Source: an uncultured Poribacteria bacterium
Lineage (GTDB): Bacteria; Poribacteria; WGA-4E; PCPOR2b
Direction: 5' to 3'
Assembly (NCBI GenBank): GCA_958296125.1
Contig: OY282444.1
Location: 1,543,940 to 1,607,939, forward strand
Length of the DNA stretch: 64,000 nucleotides
Shown here: piece after piece, positions 38,819-51,062 of the stretch
Numbering within the stretch: position 1 is the stretch's first letter
Layout of the letters: each line of letters opens with the position of its first letter
Program-made: the position numbers and the translations under genes
Notes under the pieces: generated by a model
What the model was told of the DNA's origin: nothing
The model's database searches: none
The model's input: only the letters and a program-made list of their open reading frames with translations

Positions 38819-39790
38819 CTACTGCCCCACCCAATTTCCAACAGAGACAAAAGAGGGCTGTGGAATTGGATTGCTAACCAATCCCTGCCCTGCTGCTGAA
38901 AATTTAGTGACTGATCCTTCCAAGGGGGGCATCCCAATCTGCTGATCGGCAACCCAAACACTTCCGTCCTGGGAATTTACACTAATTGAAAGGATTGCAA
39001 TCCCTGCCTCAGGAATTTCCATCAGCTTTTGGCCAGTCGTAGACAACTTGACGAGGGTATTGGAGCTGGCAACGACCCAAAGATTACCATTTTTCTGGTT
39101 GACACTTGGAGAACTTGGTAGCTTAATGTCGGTAATTCTGAGCACTTCCTGACCGCTTGGATTCAATTTTATAACAATGTTGGCGTGTGGGTCTGTCACC
39201 CACGCATTGCCAGATTGGGAATTGACAGCAACATACTTAGGCTCTCTCAGCTTTACCGGGGAGGTCGCAGCCACTGCGCCACCCGCACTATACCGAGCAA
39301 TCGTTCCGCGAGAATCTGTAATCCAGCAGCTGCCGTCGGTGGTATTGACCGCAACTTCGGGCTCGTGAACGTCAGCGACCGTCGCAAGCACCTGACTGCC
39401 ATCGGCTGAAAATTTCTGGACCGTATTAATTCCGCCAATCCAAACAGTTCCGTCGGTAGGGTTGACTGAGACAGAATGTGGACGCTCAATCGGCGGAAGT
39501 GTAATGAATGCTTGGGTTGGAGGGTCAAATCTGTAGACCGAATTCGCAGCGGAGACCGCGATCCAAACAACACCGCTTTCAGGATTGACCACGGCGGCTT
39601 GTGCCTGAGTGAGGCCGGGTATGATTGTTGGATCCGCTAGACCATCCGCGTTAAGTTTATAGACCGTATCCCCGCCGCTGACGACCCAGCATTCGCCGTT
39701 ATAACTCGCATGAAGCGGGTCAAGTGAAACCACGATGAGAACAAGTATCGCTGATAGCATCTGTAGTATACGAGAAACACACTTTTTCAT
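38819..39790 (-). CDS. Secreted beta-propeller protein (NHL/Vgb-like repeats)
   Basis: Signal peptide and repeated P..V.VN..DG..W(I/V)xD units. Confidence 0.8.
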   Translation of the reverse strand: MKKCVSRILQMLSAILVLIVVSLDPLHASYNGECWVVSGGDTVYKLNADGLADPTIIPGLTQAQAAVVNPESGVVWIAVSAANSVYRFDPPTQAFITLPPIERPHSVSVNPTDGTVWIGGINTVQKFSADGSQVLATVADVHEPEVAVNTTDGSCWITDSRGTIARYSAGGAVAATSPVKLREPKYVAVNSQSGNAWVTDPHANIVIKLNPSGQEVLRITDIKLPSSPSVNQKNGNLWVVASSNTLVKLSTTGQKLMEIPEAGIAILSISVNSQDGSVWVADQQIGMPPLEGSVTKFSAAGQGLVSNPIPQPSFVSVGNWVGQ

Positions 39791-40018
39791 CTAACTTAAT
39801 CTCCCATAAAGTTTTAGGCGTAATCGTTGTGAGTACAAGTTGTGCCAAAGCAACAAGATGTCAATAGATTAACACATCTACTCGTAATGTTCAAGCATTT
39901 TTGGATGACTCGACAGCTTAGCCTTGATCATGGAATCCGAATCGGTTATAATTGTTATAGTCATCTAAACTGTGATGAGGATACAGCCCGATTGAGGCTC
40001 CGTAGACACTATAAAGAT

Positions 40019-40804
40019 ATGATTGCCCTAATCCTTAAAGAGCTGCGTTGTTACGCGCACCAATCAAAGTATCGCCGCACCCATCTTATCATTTTATGTA
40101 TTCTTGCTTTCGCCCTATTTGCCACAGCATTTGAGCAATTCGCGTTAAGCCGCGGGCGACCACAGATTCTCGTCGGCGAAAGCATCTATGCCCTCCTAAT
40201 CCCACTCTTTTTTTGCCTTTTAGTTGGCTTGGTCGTCCCCCTACAAGCCGTTGAATCATTCCAGATTGAACGACATGGGGCTAACTGGGATTTACTCAAT
40301 CTCACCCCCATCGGTCATCGAAAGTTTCTACTTGCCAAACTGATAGGGGCGGTTTTGTCAATATTGTGGTGTATTGGGTTGACGATTCCACTCTTTGGGG
40401 TATCGGTTTACACGGGTGGATTGGGGCTCCGTCAACTGCTTCAGTGCGGGTTAGTATCTATCGCCGGGTTTACCGCTTTTTTTTTCATCGGGACCTGTTT
40501 TACCCTGTTGGGGCAGCCGAGTCACGCAAGGGGGCGGAGTTACGCCGTTGTGCTGTTGCTAACTTTTGCTCCACTTATTACTCCTGCGTTGACACCATTG
40601 GTGAATTTCTCAACGATTTTACTAGAAATGCTGCGGGTGTTGAGTCCCTTGTGTGTGCTAGTCGCTATCGTAAAATCTGACACCCAGATTGCCCTAGGTA
40701 TTGCACCTGTTTGGATGTGGATGGTAATCTATCACACGATTCTATCTGCGACGCTTTTTGGGATTTTGAATTGGCAACTTGAAAAACGTGCTCGGTTATT
40801 ATAA
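40019..40804 (+). CDS. ABC-2-type transporter permease
   Basis: MIALILKELR, ERHGANWDLLNLTPI...LLAKL and about six hydrophobic segments. Confidence 0.8.
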   Translation: MIALILKELRCYAHQSKYRRTHLIILCILAFALFATAFEQFALSRGRPQILVGESIYALLIPLFFCLLVGLVVPLQAVESFQIERHGANWDLLNLTPIGHRKFLLAKLIGAVLSILWCIGLTIPLFGVSVYTGGLGLRQLLQCGLVSIAGFTAFFFIGTCFTLLGQPSHARGRSYAVVLLLTFAPLITPALTPLVNFSTILLEMLRVLSPLCVLVAIVKSDTQIALGIAPVWMWMVIYHTILSATLFGILNWQLEKRARLL

Positions 40805-40901
40805 AGTAATTTTATCTTAACATCCACTGTCGCCGTAACAAAAGTAAGTCTATTTTTCCAATCAAATGTGATGTCGCTTAATTTTTACGTCTCACGTATG
40901 A

Positions 40902-42167
<1,266 letters not shown>

Positions 42168-42358
42168 TGCGGGGACCCCCGGTAGGACTCCGGAGCTAAA
42201 AGGGTGTTGTCTTGGCATAGGAGAAGCGATTCGTGTGTCAATTTGGCATAGAAAGAATGAGCAAACTTTCATACTTTGTGGTCTTTATATCGCCCCGCGA
42301 TTTGCTTAAAGTTGCCTGGTGTGCATTTGCGGCTAAATCGGGTGCAAAGACAATTGCT

Positions 42359-42375
42359 TTGGCATGTCATTTGCT
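42359..42375 (+). promoter_or_regulatory. sigma54 (-24/-12) promoter upstream of clpB
   Basis: TTGGCATGTCATTTGCT, with GG and GC at the exact sigma54 spacing, 50 bp before the clpB start. Confidence 0.7.
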
Positions 42376-42425
42376 AATTTAACTACGATTTACATTTCAC
42401 GCAATACATATCAGGAGGAATAATT

Positions 42426-45038
42426 ATGCACATTGACAAATTTACACAAAAGGGTCAAGAAGCACTTATAGAAGCGCAGAATCTGGCACAGGAGTACAAT
42501 CACCCGGCAGTCAAACCGGAGCATCTGCTCAAAGTACTAGTTGAGCAAAAAGGGGGTGTCGTGCCATCTGTTCTCAAACGGATTGGCGTGGATACCGATA
42601 TGCTACAACAACGGATTGATGAGAGCCTAACTCGTATGCCACGCGCCACCGGTGCATCTGTCCAAGTTGGAATGGACCGGGACTTAGCTAGCGTTTTTGA
42701 TGAGGCAGAATCAATCGTCGATAGGATGAAGGACGACTATACGTCCACCGAGCATATTCTGCTGGCGATGGTGCAGGCGAAGGCGGCTACAGTCCGCGAA
42801 TTGCTAGCGTCCGTTGGCGTAAACGAAAAGAGCATCATGGGTGCCTTGATGGGCATTCGCGGCTCCCAACGGGTCAGCAGCCCGACACCCGAGGCCCAGT
42901 ACGAGGCATTGGTCAAGTACGGTCGTGACCTGACACAGGAAGCGCGTAAAGGGAAACTCGATCCGGTGATTGGTCGTGACGAAGAGATTCGACGCACGAT
43001 TCAGATTTTGAACCGACGCACGAAAAACAACCCGGTACTCATTGGCGAACCGGGTGTGGGTAAAACTGCTGTTGCTGAGGGACTCGCGCAACGAATCGTG
43101 TGGGGCGATGTACCGCTGGGTTTGAAGGAGAAAAAGCTCGTTGCACTTGACCTCGGCGCGTTGGTCGCTGGCGCAAAATATCGTGGTGAATTTGAGGAAC
43201 GCCTGAAGGCGGTACTACAAGAGATTCAGGATGCTGAAGGACAGATTCTCCTCTTTATCGACGAGATGCACACCCTCGTCGGCGCAGGGGCAGCCGAAGG
43301 TGCGATGGATGCGTCTAATATGCTCAAGCCGATGCTGGCGCGCGGTGAACTCCATGCTATCGGTGCAACCACGCTTGACGAATATCACAAGCATATCGAA
43401 AAAGATGCCGCGCTTGAACGTCGTTTCCAGCCGGTCTATGTCGATGAACCCTCCGTTGAGGACACTATCAGCATCTTGCGGGGTCTCAAAGAGCGATATG
43501 AAGTGCATCACGGTGTCCACATCACCGATAGCGCGGCAATCTCCGCTGCAACGCTAAGCCACCGCTACATCACCGATCGCTTCCTGCCGGACAAGGCGAT
43601 CGACCTTGTGGACGAGGCCGCAAGCCGCCTCCGCACCGAAATTGATAGCAAACCGGCGGAATTGGACACGGTTGACCGGGAGCTCATGCAGTTGCAGATC
43701 GAACGGGAAGCCTTGAGGAAGGAGAAGGACGCGGCAAGCAAGGAACGGTTGGAAAAAATTGAAGAACAACTCGCCAACCTTGAAGAGAAAAGCACACAGT
43801 TGTCCGTCCGCTGGCAAGCTGAGACGAGTGCGATCGAGAAAGTACGCGGCATCCGTGAGCAGATCGACCAAATCAACCAGCAAATTGAGGAAGCGGAACG
43901 TCAGACCGATTTACAGCGAGCCGCCGAACTCCGCTACGGTCATTTGCGTCAGTTAGAGAACGATCTTGCTGATGCCGAAGCGTCACTCGCTCAACTTCAG
44001 CGTGATGGCGCATTACTGAAGGAAGAAGTGGACTCTGAAGACATCGCCGCCATTATCAGTAAGTGGACGGGAATTCCGGCGAGCAAACTACTGGAAGGTG
44101 AAATTGAAAAACTGGTTCAGATGGAGAAACGGCTTCATAACCGAATCATTGGGCAGGACGGGCCCGTCGAAGCGGTAGCGCGGGCGGTCAGGCGAAGTCG
44201 TTCGGGCTTGCAAGACCCGAATCGCCCGATCGGTTCGTTCATCTTCTTGGGACCGACGGGCGTGGGGAAAACTGAACTCGCCCGTACGTTGGCGGAATTT
44301 CTATTCGATGACGAGCAGAACATGGTGCGGATTGACATGAGTGAGTATCAGGAACAACACACAGTAGCACGCTTAATCGGCGCACCGCCGGGCTATGTGG
44401 GATACGACGAAGGCGGTCAGTTGACCGAAGCCATCCGACATCGTCCCTATAGCGTTGTGCTGTTCGACGAAATCGAGAAGGCGCACCCGGAAGTGTTCAA
44501 CGTCTTTCTACAGGTACTCGATGACGGTCGGCTCACCGACGGTCAAGGGCGTACCGTTGATTTCCGCAATACGGTCATCATCATGACCAGCAACATCGGG
44601 AGCGACTCGATCCCGAATATCACGGATGACAAAGCGATGCGCGAGCGGGTGACCCTTGCACTGCGTGAGCACTTCCGGCCGGAGTTTCTGAACCGAATTG
44701 ACGAAATGGTATTTTTTCATCGTCTTGAAAGCGAACATATTCGTCACATTGCAGAGATTCAACTTCGCAATGTCCGTCAGTTGCTCGCCAAACGAAACAT
44801 CTCGATCGAAATAGCAGATGCGGCGGTGGATCTCCTCACCCGGGAAGGCTATGACCCCGCTTACGGTGCACGACCGCTCAAACGGGTGATTCAGCAGCGC
44901 ATCATCGACCCGCTAGCGTTACAAATTATCCAGAACGAGGTGCGTGACGGCGACCACCTGCTCGTCAATGCAAAGACTGATAAACTCGCTTTCACAGTGA
45001 CCGAACCGGCTGCGGAAGATAAACTCGCTGCGGATTGA
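42426..45038 (+). CDS. clpB: Chaperone ClpB
   Basis: Two AAA+ modules ([16 protein letters not shown]), a coiled-coil middle domain, RIDMSEY and GARPLKR. Confidence 0.98.
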   Translation: MHIDKFTQKGQEALIEAQNLAQEYNHPAVKPEHLLKVLVEQKGGVVPSVLKRIGVDTDMLQQRIDESLTRMPRATGASVQVGMDRDLASVFDEAESIVDRMKDDYTSTEHILLAMVQAKAATVRELLASVGVNEKSIMGALMGIRGSQRVSSPTPEAQYEALVKYGRDLTQEARKGKLDPVIGRDEEIRRTIQILNRRTKNNPVLIGEPGVGKTAVAEGLAQRIVWGDVPLGLKEKKLVALDLGALVAGAKYRGEFEERLKAVLQEIQDAEGQILLFIDEMHTLVGAGAAEGAMDASNMLKPMLARGELHAIGATTLDEYHKHIEKDAALERRFQPVYVDEPSVEDTISILRGLKERYEVHHGVHITDSAAISAATLSHRYITDRFLPDKAIDLVDEAASRLRTEIDSKPAELDTVDRELMQLQIEREALRKEKDAASKERLEKIEEQLANLEEKSTQLSVRWQAETSAIEKVRGIREQIDQINQQIEEAERQTDLQRAAELRYGHLRQLENDLADAEASLAQLQRDGALLKEEVDSEDIAAIISKWTGIPASKLLEGEIEKLVQMEKRLHNRIIGQDGPVEAVARAVRRSRSGLQDPNRPIGSFIFLGPTGVGKTELARTLAEFLFDDEQNMVRIDMSEYQEQHTVARLIGAPPGYVGYDEGGQLTEAIRHRPYSVVLFDEIEKAHPEVFNVFLQVLDDGRLTDGQGRTVDFRNTVIIMTSNIGSDSIPNITDDKAMRERVTLALREHFRPEFLNRIDEMVFFHRLESEHIRHIAEIQLRNVRQLLAKRNISIEIADAAVDLLTREGYDPAYGARPLKRVIQQRIIDPLALQIIQNEVRDGDHLLVNAKTDKLAFTVTEPAAEDKLAAD

Positions 45039-45244
45039 AAATGAAATGGGCGAGTATAAGCAATAGACACGCACTCTACTATTTCACTTTTCTTAAAAAA
45101 ACTGCGAACTTAATCCAAACTCATCTGCCCAAAGGGGCAGAGACACAAATTCACAGCCGATACCCAAATATATTTATTATTGATACATCCGTGGTTCGGC
45201 ACTACTCCAACATTCATTTGATAAAAAAAGAAGGAGATTTTACC

Positions 45245-45721
45245 ATGAAACGCAGATGGTTCGTCCTAACTGCCATTCTCGCAATGGCAGCAATTACCGT
45301 TTTCCTTGCAAACCAAGTCACCCAAGCCCAACGTCCAGACCGCGGCGGGATGCGCGATAGAGCCGACGGGGAAAGGCGTGGTAGGGGTGGATTCAATCCC
45401 ACCTCAATTATTGACAACTCATGGACAGACCTCACATTTGCTGTCAAGGTCGATAATGACACACTCATCAAAGCCCGTCCAGTTTATCAGAAGCATCGTG
45501 ATAGTCTTGAGAAAGCTGTCAAAGAAGCCAGTAGCTCCGGGGATTTTGGAGGAGTCCGCGAAGCCATGGGGAAGATTCGTGATGGGTTCCAGACAGATTT
45601 GAAGTCGGTTTTAACCGAAGCGCAGATAGCCCAACTCGAAACACTCCAAGAGAAGCAGATGCAGCAGATGAGGCGGCGAGGTGGTGGCGGAAGAGGTGGC
45701 GGTGGAAACAAAGACCGCTAA
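45245..45721 (+). CDS. Secreted helical protein with RG-rich ends (possible periplasmic chaperone-like)
   Basis: RBS AAGGAG, signal peptide MKRRWFVLTAILAMAA, and a LTEAQ (LTxxQ) motif. Confidence 0.75.
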   Translation: MKRRWFVLTAILAMAAITVFLANQVTQAQRPDRGGMRDRADGERRGRGGFNPTSIIDNSWTDLTFAVKVDNDTLIKARPVYQKHRDSLEKAVKEASSSGDFGGVREAMGKIRDGFQTDLKSVLTEAQIAQLETLQEKQMQQMRRRGGGGRGGGGNKDR

Positions 45722-45731
45722 GCCACAACAT

Positions 45732-45776
45732 AGAAACAGGGGGAGAGATGGATTCGTCCATTCTCCCCTTGTCTCT
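45732..45776 (+). other. Intergenic stem-loop
   Basis: GGGGAGAGATGGA-TTCG-TCCATTCTCCCC, with no poly-T tail. Confidence 0.55.
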
Positions 45777-45802
45777 GTCTCAGCAACGAAGGAGGATAAC
45801 CG

Positions 45803-47866
45803 ATGGAGAAAAAATGGATTATTGTCATAGTGATTGCTGTCGTGGTCCTCGTATCCGGTGGTTTGCTGCTGCGGGGGCAGCTCGCCAAGGCAACCAAGGA
45901 GGAAGCCAGCAGTATGCCCGACATCAAAGTTGCTACGGTTGATCGGGGCAATATTGAAGTAACCATTGATGCCACTGGGACCATTGAGCCGCTTAACATT
46001 GTCCAAGTGAGTTCCAAAGCCAGTGGTAAGATTTTGGAACTCACCGTTGAAGAAGGGGATTACGTCGAACAAGATGCCGTGATTGCGCGGATCGAAACCA
46101 CCTATGTTTCAGCGGATTTGGATCAGGCAAAAGCAGACCTTCGTGCCGCCCAAGCACGCCTTGACCAATCGCAGATTAATATCGAATTGCAAAAGGAACA
46201 AACTGAAATTCAGATTCAACAAGCGCGAGAAAAGCTAGCGGAGTCAAAGAAACAACTGGAACAACTCAGAGAACAGATACTGATAGAAAAAGTAACCAAT
46301 AAACGCCAGTTAGGCGACGCGAAAAATAGCCACGAGATGGCGAAGTTGCGATACGATCTCCTAACATCTGAGACCGTGCGGGAAGAGGACAAGAAGCGTG
46401 CAGAAGCGAGCGTGAGCCAAGCGAAAGCCAACTTTGAACTTGCCAAAAAGGAGTATGCTCGAAAACAGCAACTTTTCGCTAAGGAATACATCTCGAAATC
46501 GGATCTCGATGCCGCCTCAACGCAGCGCGACTCAGCGAAAGCGCAATACGACTCGGCTCAGGAGCAAGCCAAGCTGGTGGCACAACCGGCGAGCGAAGCG
46601 GAATTAAAACTCTCGAAGGCCGAGATTCAGAAAGCGGCGTTCGCCGTTGATGCGGCGAACGAGCAGATCGAGAAAGAGAAGTACCGCGACATGGAAATAG
46701 AGATTCAGCAGCATCGTGTCACACAAGCTGAGGAGACTTTGGATTTAGCGATTGCCAATAAAAAGCAGATTAACCTGAAGGAAAAAGAACTTGAAAGTTC
46801 CAACGCACAACGCATGCGTAGCGAGAGTGCCTTGCAACTTGCACAAGAAAGCTATGACGATACAGTTATTCGCGCTCCTATCTCCGGAACGATTCTCGAA
46901 AAAAAGGTGGAGGAAGGGCAAGTAATCGTCTCCAGCTTTGGAGGGGGTGGTAGGGGCGGCTCCGTTTCGTCCGAAGGCCAGGTGCTGGTAACGATGGCAG
47001 ATCTCGAAAAAGTGTATGTAGCAACGGAGGTCGACGAAACCGATATCGGTAAGGTAAAGGTCGGGCAATCGGTAACCATCACCGTTGAAGCTTACCCAGA
47101 TCAACCGCTGCAAGGGGAGGTACTTCGCATCGCGCCGCAAGGGCAAGTGGTCCAAAACGTAACGACATTCAAAGTCATCACTGAAATTATGAATACCCGT
47201 CCAAGGGGCCGGGGACGTTGGGGGAGAGGCGGTGGATTCCCGGGTCGCGGTGACGGCGGCGGTTTTCGTCAAGGTGAGGGCAGCGGCGAATTCACGCCGG
47301 AGCAGCGAGAACGCTTTCGACAGATGCGTCGGCAGCCACAGGAAGAAGCGACAACATCAGAGAACACCGAAACTTCCAACGAAAATTCAGCGAACACTGA
47401 GCCAATAGAGGCATCGGATCCGTGGATGGCGATGGCGGATAACTTCCTCGGCGGTCAAGGGGCGGGAGATTGGAATCGTGAGGAGAGCCCGTCTGAAGAT
47501 ACCGACACGCCGTTCTTGAAGCCGGGAATGAATGCGACCGTTGAGATTTCCGCCGCAAGTAAGCAGAATATATTGGTACTCCCGAATGAGGCAATTTTGT
47601 CTTTCGGGATCCGAAAAATGGTAAGTGTCGTCGGTGAAGATGGTCAGCCGGGGCGTCCACAGCCCATTGAGGCCGGCGTGAGTAGTTTCGACAGAACGGA
47701 AGTCATCTCTGGCTTAAACGAAGGACAGGTCGTCGTCCTCGGCGGTTTCCAGCGCAGAGGGGGCGGCGACATGGAACGATTTAGACGTATGATGGGAAAT
47801 CCGGCTTCGACAATGAGACGGATGCAGCGGAGCACCGGCGGTGGCGGAAGAGGGGGCCGCCGATAA
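45803..47866 (+). CDS. MacA-like efflux periplasmic adaptor with very long alpha-hairpin
   Basis: N-terminal TM, ATGTIEP...SGKI..L.VEEGD, IRAPISGTI, VDETDIGKV and LKPGMNA. Confidence 0.9.
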   Translation: MEKKWIIVIVIAVVVLVSGGLLLRGQLAKATKEEASSMPDIKVATVDRGNIEVTIDATGTIEPLNIVQVSSKASGKILELTVEEGDYVEQDAVIARIETTYVSADLDQAKADLRAAQARLDQSQINIELQKEQTEIQIQQAREKLAESKKQLEQLREQILIEKVTNKRQLGDAKNSHEMAKLRYDLLTSETVREEDKKRAEASVSQAKANFELAKKEYARKQQLFAKEYISKSDLDAASTQRDSAKAQYDSAQEQAKLVAQPASEAELKLSKAEIQKAAFAVDAANEQIEKEKYRDMEIEIQQHRVTQAEETLDLAIANKKQINLKEKELESSNAQRMRSESALQLAQESYDDTVIRAPISGTILEKKVEEGQVIVSSFGGGGRGGSVSSEGQVLVTMADLEKVYVATEVDETDIGKVKVGQSVTITVEAYPDQPLQGEVLRIAPQGQVVQNVTTFKVITEIMNTRPRGRGRWGRGGGFPGRGDGGGFRQGEGSGEFTPEQRERFRQMRRQPQEEATTSENTETSNENSANTEPIEASDPWMAMADNFLGGQGAGDWNREESPSEDTDTPFLKPGMNATVEISAASKQNILVLPNEAILSFGIRKMVSVVGEDGQPGRPQPIEAGVSSFDRTEVISGLNEGQVVVLGGFQRRGGGDMERFRRMMGNPASTMRRMQRSTGGGGRGGRR

Positions 47867-47887
47867 GCAAGGGAGAGAATTATATAA

Positions 47888-49102
47888 ATGGGAACGCTCG
47901 AAAGTTTAGCAAATGCGTTACGCAGTTTACTAGCGAACAAACTTCGATCAGCACTGACGATGCTTGGTGTGATTATCGGTGTCGGAGCGATTATGACCAC
48001 GACCTCAATCGGCGAAGGGGCAAAAGCGGATATCACGGAGCGTATCCAGACGCTCGGGGCAAATATCCTAGCGGTTCGTCCGGGCCAAAGCCGTTTTCGT
48101 GGACGGAGTTCGGGACAGGACCGTCAGAGCCTGAAGTATGAAGATGCTATGGTGTTGAGGGAACGCGCGAAGAATATTCTCTTAGTCTCACCGGAAGTAT
48201 CTTCACGCACCCAGGTCAAGCATGGGAACAAAAACCACAATACTACGGTTGTCGGTACAACGCCGGAGTATCAGATCACGGCGAACTTCCCGGTTGAGAA
48301 AGGCGCATTTTTTACCGAGAGCGATGTGCGTTCTCGGCATCGGGTGTGCACATTGGGAAAGACAGTTGTTGATGAACTATTCGGCGAGAGGGGAGATCCA
48401 ATCGGCAAGACGGTCAAGATTCGCGGACTCAACTTCCGGGTGCTTGGTGTGATGAAGGAGAAAGGCGCGACCGGTTGGCGAAATCCGGATGACCAGATCT
48501 TTATTCCGGTGTCAACGGCGATGAAACGGGTTTTCGGCAGGGACTACTTATCAAGTATCAGCGCACAGGCAGTGAGTAGCGAAGCGATGGAACAGGCCGA
48601 AGCCGAAATTGAGAATCTCTTGCGGAAGCAGCACAAACTCCCCGCTAACAAGGCCCTCGATTTTAACGTGCGGAATCAAGCAGAGTTCCTTGAGACTCTC
48701 GAAGAATCGGGGCAGACGTTCACCTACATGATTATGGGCATTGCAATCGTGTCCCTAATCGTTGGCGGGATTGGAATAATGAATATCATGTTGGTGTCAG
48801 TGACGGAGCGCACGAAGGAAATAGGTTTACGGAAGGCGGTCGGTGCCAAACGTCATGACATCCTGATCCAGTTTCTGATTGAGTCAATGACGCTGGCGAT
48901 CCTCGGTGGGCTGATTGGGATTGGCGTTGGGATATTCGGGTCGAAGCTCGTGCCATCGATCTGGGGGTGGCGAACGATAATTTCGCCGATGTACGCGGGG
49001 GTGGCATTTTTCGTTGCTGCGTGGATAGGCATCTTCTTCGGTGCCTATCCGGCGTGGAAGGCAGCAAAGTTGCCTCCGATTGAAGCCCTAAGACACGAAT
49101 AA
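47888..49102 (+). CDS. MacB-like ABC transporter permease
   Basis: NKLRSALTMLGVIIGV, GGIGIMNIMLVSVTERTKEIGLRKAVGA and PIEALRHE. Confidence 0.95.
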   Translation: MGTLESLANALRSLLANKLRSALTMLGVIIGVGAIMTTTSIGEGAKADITERIQTLGANILAVRPGQSRFRGRSSGQDRQSLKYEDAMVLRERAKNILLVSPEVSSRTQVKHGNKNHNTTVVGTTPEYQITANFPVEKGAFFTESDVRSRHRVCTLGKTVVDELFGERGDPIGKTVKIRGLNFRVLGVMKEKGATGWRNPDDQIFIPVSTAMKRVFGRDYLSSISAQAVSSEAMEQAEAEIENLLRKQHKLPANKALDFNVRNQAEFLETLEESGQTFTYMIMGIAIVSLIVGGIGIMNIMLVSVTERTKEIGLRKAVGAKRHDILIQFLIESMTLAILGGLIGIGVGIFGSKLVPSIWGWRTIISPMYAGVAFFVAAWIGIFFGAYPAWKAAKLPPIEALRHE

Positions 49103-49569
49103 ACAAATTCAACACAAATGCGTCAAAGTAGGTATTCTTGGGCACTTGGGTAAATCTATTCCACCTCAACTGACTCCCCACCCCGTTTTGGGTGCCCTTC
49201 CACAAATTTGAAATCGGAGGCCGGAGGAAGGAGGTTGGTAAACAGTAGTTAGGATTACACACCTGTCCCTACTATAGTTGTCCGATTCATCGGGCGTTGG
49301 AATCGGCATTGAAATTATACAGACAGCACCTTATCGAATCCAACGGTGGCGAACCCGTGGTTCTCAACCATCAACAGAGTTGCCCCGAATTTGAACTCAC
49401 CCAAGATTGCCCCCCATCTTGTAGATCTTTAGTTGCCGAATGAACGGTCTCCGTCCGTTCGGAGACCAGGGGGAGATAGCTCCGAACTACAGTGCCTATT
49501 AGGAGTCTCCTAACAGGCGGCAACTTTGCAGGCCGTGCATAGCACGGCAAATACACGATTTGTTAGGAA

Positions 49570-51012
49570 ATGTACAGGTTAAAACTATCGGAAAAGCAGA
49601 CGATTTCACATTTCACACATTACGTGTCACGCCTCGCGTTTCGCGCATTTTGTCGCACTTTTCTACCCCTCCTATTCCTCATCGGTTGCGATGGGACAGA
49701 CGAATCCCTTCAGCAGAGCGAGGAACTGATCCGTTCAGGCAGACATGATGAAGCGGTTGCCTTGCTGGCGAAGGTCATTGTAGCGGACGAGCGGAATCCC
49801 AAAGCGCGGCTCCTGATGGGGCAAGCACATGAAGCATTGGAAAATTATGATCGCGCGATTCCCCAGTTCAAAGCTGCAATTCGATTGTATGTTGCTCAAC
49901 CCGAAGACCGGGCGATGGTACGACTCCAGCTAGCGAAGATTTATCTGAGGCTCGGAGTTCGCAAGGAAGGGGTCAATCAACTGCGAGCGATTGTTCATTC
50001 TACATCAGATAGCACGATGATACAACAAGTCGCAGGGCTCGTCAGTGATGCTTACAAGGTCGTTCAGATTACAAAGGGGCACCCAGACAACTACTCACCG
50101 AACTTCTCCCCTGATGGTGCACAGATTGCCTTTGCGTCGTCCCGGCTGGATAACAGTGAAATCTATGTGATGGATGTGAGCGGAAACAATATCCGACAGA
50201 TAACGTTCACACCGAATTTTAATGAAGATACACCGAGATTTCTGGGCGATTCGCTTTATCTAGTGCATAGCCGCGAACCAAAAAGTGCGGGCGAAGTTCA
50301 GATCGTCCTCCAAAGCGATGGAACAACCCCGGTCTATATTGGCATTTATGCCACTCACCTTGATAGGAAGGTGACACAGGAACTGTTGCCCCTTGGATTG
50401 GGTGTCCGTGTGCCGTGTTTATCGCCAGATTGGAGACGCGTGGTTTATGAGGCAAGTAGGGATAGAAACTTAGACCTGTACCGCCTCGATCTGAACGACA
50501 TCGATCTGGAAGATATGGCGGGAAGAACAATCGTCCCTATACGCATCACCGATAGTGAGGCAGATGAGGGCAGCCCGACCTTCTTCCCGGATGGAAAACG
50601 GATTGCGTTTGTGTCTGCGGGCCCGGAAGGCACAGGTCCTCGTCGCGCCGCGCCCGGTCGTAGCAAGCCGCTTCATCAGATCTATACTATCAATACCGAT
50701 GGCAGCAATGAAAAACATCTGAATCCCAACCCCTATGACTGCTACAGTCCGGTGATTGCGCCGGACGGTCAAACCATTGCCTTCGTATCCGGGCGGATGG
50801 ATGACATTGAGATCTACCTAATGGATATAGACGGAACGAATGAGCGACGTATCACTAGCGGTATCGGTGTCTCAGTACAGCCTACCTTTTCGCCGGATGG
50901 GAGAAATCTCGTGTTTGTCTCTGACCGGAGCGGCACCCTCCAAATCTACCTAATGTCTCTTGACCAACTGGTGACACAGGAGATGTTGATCCAACGCCTA
51001 CAAGGTGAGTAG
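49570..51012 (+). CDS. TPR + TolB-like (PD40 repeat) lipoprotein
   Basis: LIGC lipobox, N-terminal TPRs, and repeated P.FSPDG..IAF.S...IY.M units. Confidence 0.88.
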   Translation: MYRLKLSEKQTISHFTHYVSRLAFRAFCRTFLPLLFLIGCDGTDESLQQSEELIRSGRHDEAVALLAKVIVADERNPKARLLMGQAHEALENYDRAIPQFKAAIRLYVAQPEDRAMVRLQLAKIYLRLGVRKEGVNQLRAIVHSTSDSTMIQQVAGLVSDAYKVVQITKGHPDNYSPNFSPDGAQIAFASSRLDNSEIYVMDVSGNNIRQITFTPNFNEDTPRFLGDSLYLVHSREPKSAGEVQIVLQSDGTTPVYIGIYATHLDRKVTQELLPLGLGVRVPCLSPDWRRVVYEASRDRNLDLYRLDLNDIDLEDMAGRTIVPIRITDSEADEGSPTFFPDGKRIAFVSAGPEGTGPRRAAPGRSKPLHQIYTINTDGSNEKHLNPNPYDCYSPVIAPDGQTIAFVSGRMDDIEIYLMDIDGTNERRITSGIGVSVQPTFSPDGRNLVFVSDRSGTLQIYLMSLDQLVTQEMLIQRLQGE

Positions 51013-51062
51013 CCTCTCAGCTAGGACCATCATTCTCAAGTAAGTGAATTATCAAAATTTAT

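Noticed and set aside
42168..42425. CIRCE operator upstream of clpB
   Set aside because: No TTAGCACTC-N9-GAGTGCTAA inverted repeat; only TTGGCA half-like sites are present.
49103..49440. Possible small gene or ncRNA between the permease and the TolB-like gene
   Set aside because: No convincing ORF, RBS or recognisable RNA motif; only REP-like palindromes further downstream.
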